From Eledone cirrhosa (taxonomy: Eukaryota): 64,000 nt of DNA. Below the pieces are notes generated by a model. It was not told where the DNA came from and made no database searches. It saw only the letters and a program-made list of their open reading frames with translations. Where the stretch lies: contig OZ024759.1 of the NCBI GenBank assembly GCA_964016885.1, positions 31,744,001-31,808,000 of the forward strand, written 5' to 3'. Positions 39,081 through 53,531 of this stretch are shown piece by piece (within the stretch, counting starts at the first letter, position 1; every line of letters begins with the position of its first letter). The translations under genes and the position numbers were made by a program.

Positions 39081-39268
39081 ATATATATATATAATATCAT
39101 TGTTTAATGTCTATCAATGATGATGAGGATGATATCTATATATATGTAAAATAGTTTTGACAAGCTGATGACACAGCCATATAAGACAAAGAATAATTCA
39201 AAGCTCAAATGTGATTTTATAGTCCACATCAAGATAGTAAAGGACAGTTCAGTGTTTTACCCATTCAG

Positions 39269-39496
39269 TTAACCTTTTAGCATTTAAACCGGCCTTATCC
39301 GGCCACAATTCTCTTACCTCTTTCTGTTTAAACCAGTCATAACTGGCCACTCATACTGATGTTAAGGTATTGTTCTCAAAATAAATAATATCAAAATCTC
39401 GTAGATTCAATATTATGTGAGATATTATGCAAAATAAAGCTTGTACCGTGAAAATACAATAGTAAATATAGAATAATGTAAATGCTAAAGGGTTAA
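39269..39496 (+). mobile_element. piggyBac-type MITE copy (intronic)
   Basis: TTAA-CCTTTTAGCATTTA...TAAATGCTAAAGGG-TTAA. Confidence 0.85.
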
Positions 39497-39539
39497 TTTC
39501 CAATCACAGTAATTTCTGCCTGCTTTTCTCTCTCTCTCT

Positions 39540-39830
39540 CACTCTCACCTTGTCTCTCCATACACCTCTCATTCTCTCACCTTGTCTCTCCATATACCTC
39601 TCATTCTCTCACCTTGTCTCTCCATATACCTCTCTCTCTCTCACCTTGTCTCTCCATATACCTCTCTCTCTCTCACCTTGTCTCTCCATATATCTCTCAT
39701 TCTCTCACTCTGTTTCTCCCTATACCTCTCTCTCTCTCACCTTGTCTCTCCATATACCTCTCTCTCTCTCACCTTGTCTCTCCATATACCTCTCATTCTC
39801 TCACTCTGTTTCTCCCTATCCGTTTCTCAC
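39540..39830. repeat. ~34-bp pyrimidine-rich minisatellite grading into (CT)n
   Basis: CTCACCTTGTCTCTCCATATACCTCTC repeated ~8 times. Confidence 0.85.
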
Positions 39831-40415
39831 TCTTTTTCTTCTTATCCCCCTCTCTCCCCTCCTATTCCTCCCCCACTGTTTATCTCATTCTCTATTTCTC
39901 CTTATTGCTCTCTCTCTCTTTGCCTCTCTCTCTCTCCCATTGTCTCTCTCTCTCTACCTATCTCCCATTGTCCCTCTCTCTCTACCTCTCTCATCTATCT
40001 CTTATTACCCTCTCTCACTCCCTCCCACCCCTCTCACTTTCACTCCTTCTCTCACTCCCTCTCCATCTCATTACCTCTCTCACTCTCCCTCACTCACACT
40101 CTCTACACTGTATGGACATGTGATGCTAATGTATGATCAACATTGAGTGAAGATGTGCCAAGAGATCCTAGTGGAAGGAAGCTGCAGTAGAGGAAGACCA
40201 AGGAAGACTTGAGCAGAGTTGGTGAGAGCTGATCACCCAGAAAGGATGACCAAGGAACACAACGAGTGGATGGAAGCTGTGTTGGACTGGAAAAGACCTG
40301 TCCAACCCATGCAAGGATGGAAAAAAAAAAATTGATGTAAAAGGATGACAGTGATGATGATGACGATGATGATGATGATGACAATGATGATGATGATGAA
40401 TTATAGAATACTAAC

Positions 40416-40527
40416 CATGATCCATGGAATCTTCAGTGTCTACCGTAGCTTCTGAAATCTGGGCTTGGACAAGGTAGAATCCTGTGAGGCATAGGAAGAG
40501 GAACGCTACCGACCAACAAACCTGCAT
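40416..40527 (-). CDS. First coding exon (signal peptide) of the same small protein; exon spans 40568-40416
   Basis: Acceptor CTGTCTCTACTTACAG at 40570/40569; AAAC-ATG at 40527; MQVCWSVAFLFLCLTGFYLVQA-QISEATVDTEDSMDH; donor G|GTTAGT at 40415. Phase 1 matches the downstream exon. Confidence 0.8.
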
Positions 40528-40705
40528 GTTTAGTTCTGTTGTGAGGTTTTAGTGACTTGTTACTGGACCTGTAAGTAGAGACAGGGGTCAGATTAGGTCA
40601 TTGATTAGAATTTAGTGATGGAGATAATTACACACGCACACATTTATATATATATATGCTTCAAGTTGAAGCCGAAGCATAAAGACAATACGCCCCCATC
40701 CCCTC

Positions 40706-41675
40706 CCACTGTAAAGTGGACGTGGAGGTGCCACGGCAAAAAAGCACCCAGCCCACACTGTAAAGTGGTCGTGGAGGTGCCATGGCAAAAAAGCACCCAG
40801 CCCACACTGTAAAGTGGTCGTGGAGGTGCCATGGCAAAAAAGCACCCAGCCCACACTGTAAAGTGGTCATGGAGGTGCCACGGCAAAAAAAAAAAGCACC
40901 CAGCCCACACTGTAAAGTGGTCGTGGAGGTTCCACGGCAAAAAAGCACCCAACCCACACTGCAAAGTGGATGTGGAGGTGCCATGGCAAAAAAAAAAAGC
41001 ACCCAGCCCACACTGTAAAGTGGTCATGGAGGTGTCACGGCAAAAAAGCACCCAGCCCACACTGTAAAGTGGTCATGGAGGTTCCACGGCAAAAAAGCAC
41101 CCAACCCACACTGCAAAGTGGATGTGGAGGTGCCATGGCAAAAAAAAAAAGCACCCAGCCCACACTGTAAAGTGGTCATGGAGGTGTCACGGCAAAAAAG
41201 CACCCAGCCCACACTGTAAAGTGGTCGTGGAGGTGCCACGGCAAAAAAGCACCCAGCCCACACTGTAAAGTGGTCGTTGAGGTGCCATGGAAAAAAAGCA
41301 CCCAGCCCACACTGTAAAGTGGTCGTGGAGGTGCCACGGCAAAAAAGCACCCAGCCCACACTGCACAGTGGACGTGGAGGTGCCACGGCAAAAAAAAAAA
41401 GCACCCAGCCCACACTGTAAAGTGGTCGTGGAGGTTCCACGGCAAAAAAGCACCCAACCCACACTGCAAAGTGGATGTGGAGGTGCCATGGCAAAAAAAA
41501 AAAGCACCCAGCCCACACTGTAAAGTGGTCATGGAGGTGTCACGGCAAAAAAGCACCCAGCCCACACTGTAAAGTGGTCGTGGAGGTGCCATGGCAAAAA
41601 AAAAAGCACCCAGCCCACACTGTAAAGTGGTCGTTGAGGTGCCATGGCAAAAAAGCACCCAGCCCCCACTGTAAA
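40706..41675. repeat. 47-52-bp minisatellite (~20 copies) inside a SINE-like element
   Basis: Unit CACACTGTAAAGTGGTCGTGGAGGTGCCA(C/T)GGCA(n)GCACCCAGCC, followed by AGGAAGGGCATCCAGCTGTAGAAA. Confidence 0.95.
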
Positions 41676-41995
41676 TGAGGTTGGTGTAGGAAGGGCATCC
41701 AGCTGTAGAAATCAAGCCAGAATCAGTTCCCGTATGAGCAAGACAAGGTCAGCCGACCGGACACTGCCCACAACAGGACAACCCGTCTAACCCATGCTAG
41801 CATGGAAGAACGGACGTAAAACGGTGATGATGATGATGGAAAATGGACATTAAACAGTGATGATAATGATGATGATGATGCCTCAGCATGGCCTCAGCCG
41901 GATGGCTGGGACAGGTAAAAGAGTAAAATACACACATATACATACATACATACATATTTATATATATATACACACATATATACATACATATACAC

Positions 41996-42036
<41 letters not shown>

Positions 42037-42474
42037 TATATTTACATATATATATATATATATATATATTTACATATATATACATACACCCACATATATC
42101 TATATATATACATATCATCATCATCATCGTTTAACGTCTATCTTCCACGCTAGCATGGGTTTATATATATAACTATACAGACAGAAGCTAAAGTGTATTT
42201 CTATATAAATGAAGAAAAAAATAACACCAAAGCAACTCTTGTCTTAATGAGGTAGTTTAAATATCCCAAGAGATCCGCTGGGAATTTTATTAAGTTAGAA
42301 TGCTAAAATTATCCAGAAACTATTTTATGTCATGGATAGAAGTTACAGCTGGTTGATAGTATCAGTAATGGAAATACCAATGGAAACATTGTTTCCTTGG
42401 TCCGATTTGATGAGGTCCACCCCACTCGGCTGGCAAATGAGGTCTGGGATCTTGTCAATCAATCAGAGCGAGAA

Positions 42475-43211
42475 GCTATGGCTGTATCAAATATTAAAGT
42501 GGAATAAACTGTAGTGGTGTTATGTCTATGTTAGCTGATGGGTTAAGGGTTCTTGTCTGGTGTTGATTAGGAGGGTTTAAGTTAGGCTATGTTCTGATCT
42601 CAGCTATGGCTGTATCAAATATTAAAGTGGAATAAACTGTAGTGGTGTTATGTCTATGTTAGCTGATGGGTTAAGGGTTCTCGTCTGTTGTTGATTAGGA
42701 GGGTTTAAGTTAGGCTATGTTCTGATCTCAGCTATGGCTGTATCAAATATTAAAGTGGAATAAACTGTAGTGGTGTTATGTCTATGTTAGCTGATGGGTT
42801 AAGGGTTCTTGTCTGGTGTTGATTAGGAGGGTTTAAGTTAGGCTATGTTCTGATCTCAGCTATGGCTGTATCAAATATTAAAGTGGAATAAACTGTAGTG
42901 GTGTTATGTCTATGTTAGCTGATGGGTTAAGGGTTCTCGTCTGTTGTTGATTAGGAGGGTTTAAGTTAGGCTATGTTCTGATCTCAGCTATGGCTGTATC
43001 AAATATTAAAGTGGAATAAACTGTAGTGGTGTTATGTCTATGTTAGCTGATGGGTTAAGGGTTCTCGTCTGTTGTTGATTAGGAGGGTTTAAGTTAGGCT
43101 ATGTTCTGATCTCAGCTATGGCTGTATCAAATATTAAAGTGGAATAAACTGTAGTGGTGTTATGTCTATGTTAGCTGATGGGTTAAGGGTTCTTGTCTGG
43201 TGTTGATTAGG
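42475..43211. repeat. 128-bp tandem satellite, ~5.75 near-identical copies
   Basis: GCTATGGCTGTATC recurs at 42475, 42603, 42731, 42859, 42987 and 43115. Confidence 0.95.
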
Positions 43212-43676
43212 GTCTTGGCTACTAGAGTAAATATTTTTTTTATTTGATTCTGAGATTGTTCAAAATTGCAATGATCTAGTCCAGGTGGTAGCTGATGAGG
43301 GTATTAGATATTTTCTTAATATGGTGTATATAAAGTCAGCCATGTTACCCCTACTATAGAATCTCCTTTAATTATATTTATCGAAGATCAGAATCAAATG
43401 TATTCAGTAACCCGAACAAATTGTACTATAGATAATTTATTAGCCAAGTGACCGTGGAAAAACACACAAGATGTATTACACACCTTAATAACACATATAT
43501 ATGAATATATACACACAAACACATCCATATCTACACACAAATATACACACATATAGATTAGTATAACACAAAATGAAAAGTGTAACAAATCTCTCTCTCT
43601 CTATATATATATATTTATGTATGTATACATATATATGTATATATATATACATATACATATATGTATATATATATAC

Positions 43677-43720
<44 letters not shown>

Positions 43721-43789
43721 GTATATTAAATGTACTACTATTTTTATATTTCTTTCTTGTTGTCTTGATATGTTAGTTATTTTCCAATA

Positions 43790-45435
<1,646 letters not shown>

Positions 45436-45496
45436 TATAAAATAGTATTGAAGAGTAGATAGTTTAATTCCATCACGGTCTATGTGTTTGTGTGTA

Positions 45497-45559
<63 letters not shown>

Positions 45560-45710
45560 TATAGAAGGTGGTTTACAACACAAAGTTATATGTGGAATCA
45601 ATGGAGGAAACAGATAATGTGCAGAACAAATAACTTAATGGATATATAATATATCTATATATATACCCACATGTATGTTTTTGTGTGTGTGTGTCTGAGT
45701 ATATTTGGAA

Positions 45711-45746
<36 letters not shown>

Positions 45747-45793
45747 GGTGATGATGATAATACACACACACGTACATATATATATATATTTAT

Positions 45794-45830
<37 letters not shown>

Positions 45831-46669
45831 TATGTATGTTTTCATGTACAGATGGGCAAAAAGTCTTGAGATAAGACATATGAAACTTTTTTCCTAATTG
45901 CTTGTTATTATCAATCAATGATCGATTTGGGATATATATAAATATACGAGTGTATATGTATGTGTGTATATAAGTTTATTCGTGCAGACACACACATATA
46001 TAATATAAATACATATGTATGTATGTCTATATGCCTATTTATTTATATATATATATGTGTGTGTGTATATGTATATATATATATATATATCATCATCATC
46101 ATCACCGTTTTACGTCCGTTCTTCCACGCTAGCATGGGTTAGACGGGTTGTCCTGTTGTGAGCAGTGTCCGGTCGGCTGACCTTATCCTGCTCATACAGG
46201 AACTGATTCTGGCTTGATTTCTACAGCTGGATGCCCTTCCTAACACCAACCTCATTTTCAGTGAGTGCTGGGTGCTTTTTTGCCGTGGCACCTCCACGAC
46301 CACTTTGCAGTGGAATGATATGGACCCCAGTCTCTATCATCTCATTTCTACAGCTGAGTAAACTGGAGCAATGTGAAATAAAGTGTCTTGCTCAAGGAAA
46401 CAACACATATATATATAAGCAGGGAATAGCGGATGTAAAATGATGATGATGATGATATGTGTATATATATATATATATATATATGTGTGTATATATATAT
46501 GTGCGTTCCTGTGTTGTGTTGGGAGGTAACCACAGTTGAAAGAGGTACTCAATACATTGGCAAGGCATAATACACATCTTTATTAAATATAGAAATGACC
46601 TCTACATGACTAGAACTGTTTCATACAAATGAAACAGTTCTAGTTCTGTAGAAGTCATTTCTATATTTA

Positions 46670-46717
<48 letters not shown>

Positions 46718-46829
46718 AATGGCTTCTACAGGAGTAGAACTGTTTCATTTGGGAGAAATCATCATTCTCCTGAATGAAACAGTTCTAGTCCTGTAGAAGC
46801 CATTTCTATATTAAATAGTGATCAGATTA

Positions 46830-47404
46830 GCATTGTAGGGGGTGTTCCGAGGCTATAGATCTAGAATAAGGATGAGTTGGAAGAAGTTTAGGGAGCTGCT
46901 TCCTCTGTTGATGAAGAAGGGTTTCTTCCTGCGTACAAAATGCCGGTTGTATGATGCCTGTGTGAGGTGCGCGATGCTGCATGGTAGTGAGACATGGGCA
47001 GTAACTACAGAGGATATGCGACGGCGGGAGAGAAATGAAGCAAGCACGCTCCGTTGCATGTGCAATGTCAATGTACGTGAACGACTGAGCATGGAAGTGT
47101 TGAGAGAGAAACTGTGTTTAAGAGGGATAAATTGTGGTGTGCGGGAGAGAAGACTGCGATGGTATGGACATGTGATGCACATGGTGGATGACCGCTGGGT
47201 AAAGAAGTGCCAAGAAATGCCAGTGGAAGGAAGACGCTGTAGAGGAAGACCATGAAAAACATAGGCGGAGGTGGTGAGAACAGACCTCAGATCGCTGAAA
47301 CTCACGGTGGAGATGACAAAGGACCGTGACAAGTGGAGAGATGCTGTGCTGAATAGGACCCGTCCCACCCTTGCAAGCAGGGAAAAGTGGATGTAAAATG
47401 ATGT

Positions 47405-47435
<31 letters not shown>
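46830..47435 (+). mobile_element. RTE-clade LINE 3' end with (GAT)n tail
   Basis: RIR..WKKFRELLPLL, CVR.AMLHGSETW, RRLRWYGHV, GRRCRGRP. The tail GGA(C/T)GTAAAA(C/T)GATGATG is shared with many SINE-like copies. Confidence 0.9.
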
Positions 47436-47476
<41 letters not shown>

Positions 47477-48487
47477 GATACATAGGAGAGGTGTAAGAAA
47501 GAGAAGTAATTTATGATGATGATGTGTGTATATGTATATATGTGTGTGTATATGTGTGTGTGTATATATGTGTGTGTGAGTCATTTATGTCTCTGTTCAG
47601 CTGAGGTTAAATTTCTGTCTTCTAAATCTCCATTAATAACAGGATTTCCATGTTTCTTTTCATCCACATTCCTCATTGATCTCACTCCCATCCCCCCCCT
47701 CTCTTGCTCTCCCTCTCTGTCTCTCTCTCTCTCTCTTGCTCTCTCTCGCTCTCACTTGCCTCTCTCTCTGTGTCTCTCTCTCTTTCTCTGTCTCTGTATA
47801 TATATATATATATCTTGTCTCTCTCTCTCTCACCTCCCCCACTTTACATCTCTCTCACTCTCTCTCCTCCCTTACTATCTTCTCTCTACATATCTGGCTA
47901 TCTCTGCCCTTCATTTCTAACCCCCCCCTCTCTCTCTCTTGTCTCACTAATGCTTCCTTTCAATTACTCTCTATTTCCTTTTTCTCTCTATCCCTCTTAC
48001 CTCTTCTCATCTCTATCCCCCTCCTCCTTCGTCTCTCCCCCCTCCCTCTCTCTCCCCTCCCCACCTCTCTGCCATTTTTACTTTGCTTCCAAACTTATTG
48101 AAATAGAATTTTAATGCAAACCCACAAACTACACACTTTTTGTTTTGTTGTTTTCTCCAAATTCCTAACTCTAAACACACACACACACACATACACACTT
48201 TCTCTCAGACACACACACACATACAGTAATCCACACACACACACACACATACAGTAATCCACATACACACACAGATGTAAAAACATATATGGAAATCTAC
48301 ACAAACACACACACAATCCCCACCACATCCATACATACAGCAATCCACACATGCGCAGACATAAAAACACATATGGAAACCTACACATACACACATTAGC
48401 ATAAAGACACATACATACACACCTACACACATTCGCACCTAGAAAATCATACACACATACACACAGAAACACCCATATACTCCCAGA

Positions 48488-49301
48488 TTAACCCTTTAGC
48501 ATTTAAACCGGCCATATCCGGCCAGAATTCTCTCACCTCTTTCTGTTCAAACCAGTCATAACTGGCTGCTCATACTTATATTAACCCTTTAGTATTTAAC
48601 CCCTTAGCATTTACATTACTCTATAATTACTTTCTATTTTCACCATAAACACTTTATCTCACATGATATCGAATCTATGAGAACTTGATATTATTTATTT
48701 TGAGAACAATACCTTAAAATAAGTAAGAGCAGCCAGTTATGGCTGGTTTGAACAGAAAGAGGTGAGAGAATTCTGGCCGGATATGGACAGTTTAAATGCT
48801 AAAGGGTTAAGGTATTGTTCTCAAAATAAGTGACATCAAAATCTCGTAGATTTGATATTACAGAGATAATTATGTGAGGTAAAGCCTTTACTGTGAAAAT
48901 ACAAAAGTAAATATAGAGTAATGTAAATGTTATGTGAGATATTATGTGAGGTAAAGCCTTTACTGTGAAAATACAATAGTATATATAGAGTAATGTAAAT
49001 GTTATGTGAGATATTATGTGAGGTAAAGCCTTTACTGTGAAAATACAATAGTATATATAGAGTAATGTAAATGTTATGTGAGATATTATGTGAGGTAAAG
49101 TCTTTACTGTGAAAATACAATAGTATATATAGAGTAATGTAAATGTTATGTGAGATATTATGTGAGGTAAAGCCTTTACTGTGAAAATACAATAGTATAT
49201 ATAGAGTAATGTAAATGTTATGTGAGATATTATGTGAGGTAAAGCCTTTACTGTGAAAATACAATAGTATATATAGAGTAATGTAGATGCTAAAGGGTTA
49301 A
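48488..49301 (+). mobile_element. Nested piggyBac-type MITEs with internal 72-bp tandem amplification
   Basis: Outer MITE 48488-49301; inverted inner MITE between duplicated TTAA at 48581 and 48807; ~6 copies of a 72-bp unit at ~48870-49290. Confidence 0.88.
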
Positions 49302-49599
49302 CTAAGCTGGGTACTGTGGCCACTTGTGGCAATGACCTAGCTGTAGCAGGTCTGTCATAGTGACCAACCTTTTTCTTTATGGAGCAACTTGCTGGCGAAA
49401 TTAACATGTAAAATATCTGAGTTTTCTGTAGACAGGTGTAGCCGTTAATATAATTCTCAGGAAGATTCAGCATGGCACAATATGGGACAAGACTGCACAT
49501 TTAAATTACAGGTACAGTCCGTCTTGTGTTATAGTGGCTGAGTATTCCACAGACTTGTGTGTTCCTTTAACGTAATTCTCAGGGAGAATCAGTATGACG

Positions 49600-49815
49600 A
49601 GGCTCTTCTTCGCCCACCCATTCCTGGGAGGGTTGTGGCGGGCAGAGCCCTCAAACACTCCTTCCAACGGGTCTTGTCAGAAGCAACCATCTCCAACTGA
49701 TCCGGCTGGATTCCCAAGCGTGACCAGCCAAGCTCATGGATGTGATGCAACCATCTTGCTCGGGGAGGGGCTACCTCTGGGTCTCCTGACCAACCTGTAA
49801 CAGCCAGTGTCATTT
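49600..49815 (-). mobile_element. RTE (Rex3/Expander-like) 3' fragment
   Basis: PRARWL.HI.ELGW.RLGI.P..L..VA.D..RW...L; related copies at ~19975-20130 and ~20660-20840. Confidence 0.7.
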
Positions 49816-49949
49816 GTTAGAGGTGCCTACTGACTGTAGGTTTCGCTTTGTACTTAGGCAAGGCGGGTCTTCTGTATGACTGTGTAGCGCCAAAGATCTC
49901 GGTCCAGTGACATTGTCTTGGAGAGGTGTAAGTGTGTGAGGTCGGAATT

Positions 49950-50609
49950 TATATATATCTGTGTGTGCATGTGTTTATGTGTGTGTATATATATATATCT
50001 GTGTGTGCATGTGTTTATGTGTGTGTATATATATATATCTGTGTGTGCATGTGATTATGTGTGTGTATATATATATATCTGTGTGTGCATGTGTTTATGT
50101 GTGTGTATATATATATATATATCTGTGTGTGTATATATATATGTGTGTGTATATATATATGTGTGTGTGTGTGTGCATGTGTTTATGTGTGTGTATATAT
50201 ATATATCTGTGTGTGCATGTGATTATGTGTGTGTATATATATATATCTGTGTGTGCATGTGTTTATGTGTGTGTATATATATATATCTGTGTGTGCATGT
50301 GATTATGTGTGTGTATATATATATATCTGTGTGTGCATGTGTTTATGTGTGTGTATATATATATATATCTGTGTGTGCATGTGATTATGTGTGTGTATAT
50401 ATATATATCTGTGTGTGCATGTGTTTATGTGTGTGTATATATATATATATCTGTGTGTGCATGTGATTATAATCACATGCACACACAGATATATATATAT
50501 ACACACACATAAACACATGCACACACAGATATATATATATACACACATAAACACATGCACACACAGATATATATATATATATACACACATAAACACATGC
50601 ACACACACG

Positions 50610-50682
<73 letters not shown>

Positions 50683-51530
50683 ATACAGACACAAACAAAC
50701 ATAAACACATGCACACACAGATATATATATATACACACACATAAACACATGCACACACAGATATATATATATACACACACATAAACACATGCACACACAC
50801 ACACACATATATATATACACACACATATATATATACACACACAGATATATATATATATACACACATAATCACATGCACACACAGATATATATATATATAC
50901 ACACATAAACACATGCACACACAGATATATATATATACACACACATAAACACATGCACACACAGATATATATATATACACACACATAAACACATGCACAC
51001 ACAGATATATATATATACACACACATAAACACATGCACACACAGATATATATATATACACACACATAAACACATGCACACACAGATATATATATATACAC
51101 ACACATAAACACATGCACACACAGATATATATATATACACACACATAAACACATGCACACACAGATATATATATATACACACGCATAAACACATGCACAC
51201 ACAGATATATATATATACACACACATAAACACATGCACACACAGATATATATATATACACACACATAAACACATGCACACACAGATATATATATATACAC
51301 ACACATAAACACATGCACACACAGATATATATATATACACACACATAAACACATGCACACACAGATATATATATATACACACACATAAACACATGCACAC
51401 ACAGATATATATATATACACACACATAAACACATGCACACACAGATATATATATATACACACACATAAACACATGCACACACACACACACATATATATAT
51501 ACACACACATATATATATACACACACATAA
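49950..51530. repeat. 40-bp minisatellite array that flips orientation at 50469/50470
   Basis: Unit ATATATATATCTGTGTGTGCATGTG(T/A)TTATGTGTGTGTAT on the left and its reverse complement on the right; centre GCATGTGATTATAATCACATGC. Confidence 0.92.
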
Positions 51531-51889
51531 ACACAGGAAGACACACATATACATACAGACACAAACAAACATACCCACATGCACAAACATTCCATCTCAA
51601 ACATACAAACACACACTCGCATGCACAAGCATATATATATATGTGTATGTGTGTTCCTGTCTTTATGTGTGTGTGTGTGTATGCATGTGTTTATGTATAT
51701 ATATGTGTGTGTGTGTGTGTGTGCATGTGTTTATGTATATATATATGTGTGTGTGTATGTGATGGCAGAGATGCTGTGTATCAGTGATAGGCCAGTTGTT
51801 ATACAATGGGTAAGTGTGCCAAGTAATTTTACCTGGAATCTCACAAGGAATGACCAGTGCCAACTTAACAAAACATTAAAACAATTGAA

Positions 51890-51940
51890 ACTACTGCTAC
51901 TACTACTACTACTATACTGCTACTACTACTACTACTACTC

Positions 51941-51973
<33 letters not shown>

Positions 51974-53493
51974 TACTGCTACTACTACTACTACTACTAC
52001 TACTAGTACTACAGTAGTCACAGTCACAATAACAACCACTTATAGCAACAATGACAATAACATTAGCAATAACCACTACCACCACCACTGCCACCACCAC
52101 CACCATCACCACCACCACCACCACCACCACCATTGCTATCACTGCAATAGCAACAACAATCACAACCACCACCACAACCACAACCACAACAACAACAGCA
52201 CTCAGTCACAGCAATAACCACCACCATAACAACAGCAATGACAATAACGACAGATCCACACCCACCAACTCCACCACCACCACAACAACAACATCAACAA
52301 CAACAAACCCCTCCACCACCACCACCATAACAACAACAACAATGGTAACACCCACATCAACAACAACAACAACAAAAACAGTCATACTCACTCCACCACC
52401 ACCACCACATCAACATCAATCCTCCACTTCCTTCTGCCACCACCACCACCACCACGACTACAACCCCTCCCCCATCACCACCATAACATCAACATCAACC
52501 CCCCCCCGCTCTCTACCACCACCACCACCATAACATCACCCCCCCGCTCTCTACCACCACCACCACCACCATAACATCAACATCAACACACACCCCTCTC
52601 TACCACCACCACCACCACCATAACATCAACACACACCCCTTTCTACCACCACCACCACAACATCAACACCCCTCTCTACCACCACCACCACATCAACATC
52701 AACACACACCCCTCTCTACTAACCCCCTCCTACCGCCACCATAACATCAACACCCCCTCTCTACCACCACCACCACATCAACATCAACACACACCCCTCT
52801 CTACCACCACCACCACCACCACAACATCAACACCCCTCTCTACCACCACCACCACATCAACATCAACACACACCCCTCTCTACTAACCCCCTCCTACCGC
52901 CACCATAACATCAACACCCCCTCTCTACTACCACTACCCCCCACCACCACCACCACGAGGTCATAAATAAATAAACTGTTGCCAATGGAAGAATACAAAA
53001 GAAGCAAGAAAAAGCCAAACTAAAGCCATTGACTTAACACAGATTGGTTACTGCAGTAAACTGGGTAATATTGTAACAATAGATGGTTCATCATCATCAC
53101 CATCATCACCATCATCATCATCATTGTCATCACCACCATCACCATCATCATCATCATTGTCATCATTATTATCATCATCATCTATTGCCATCACCATCAT
53201 CATTAGTACCAGTAATGTACTGGGTAATTGATGGCCTTGTGCCAAAAGTAGAAACAATTATTATCATCATCACCAAAGAGGGCGGTGGATTGGCAGTGTC
53301 GGTGGAGGGTCTGACGCCGTGTTTCCAGCATAGAGTTACGGCCCTTTATGGTTTGAGTTCAAATCCCCGCTGAGGTTAACGTTGCCTTTCATCCTTACGG
53401 GGTCGATAAAATAAAGTACCAGTAATGCACTGGGGTAATTGCTGGCCTTGTGCCAAAAATAGAAACAATTATTATCATCATCATTATTGCCAC

Positions 53494-53531
<38 letters not shown>

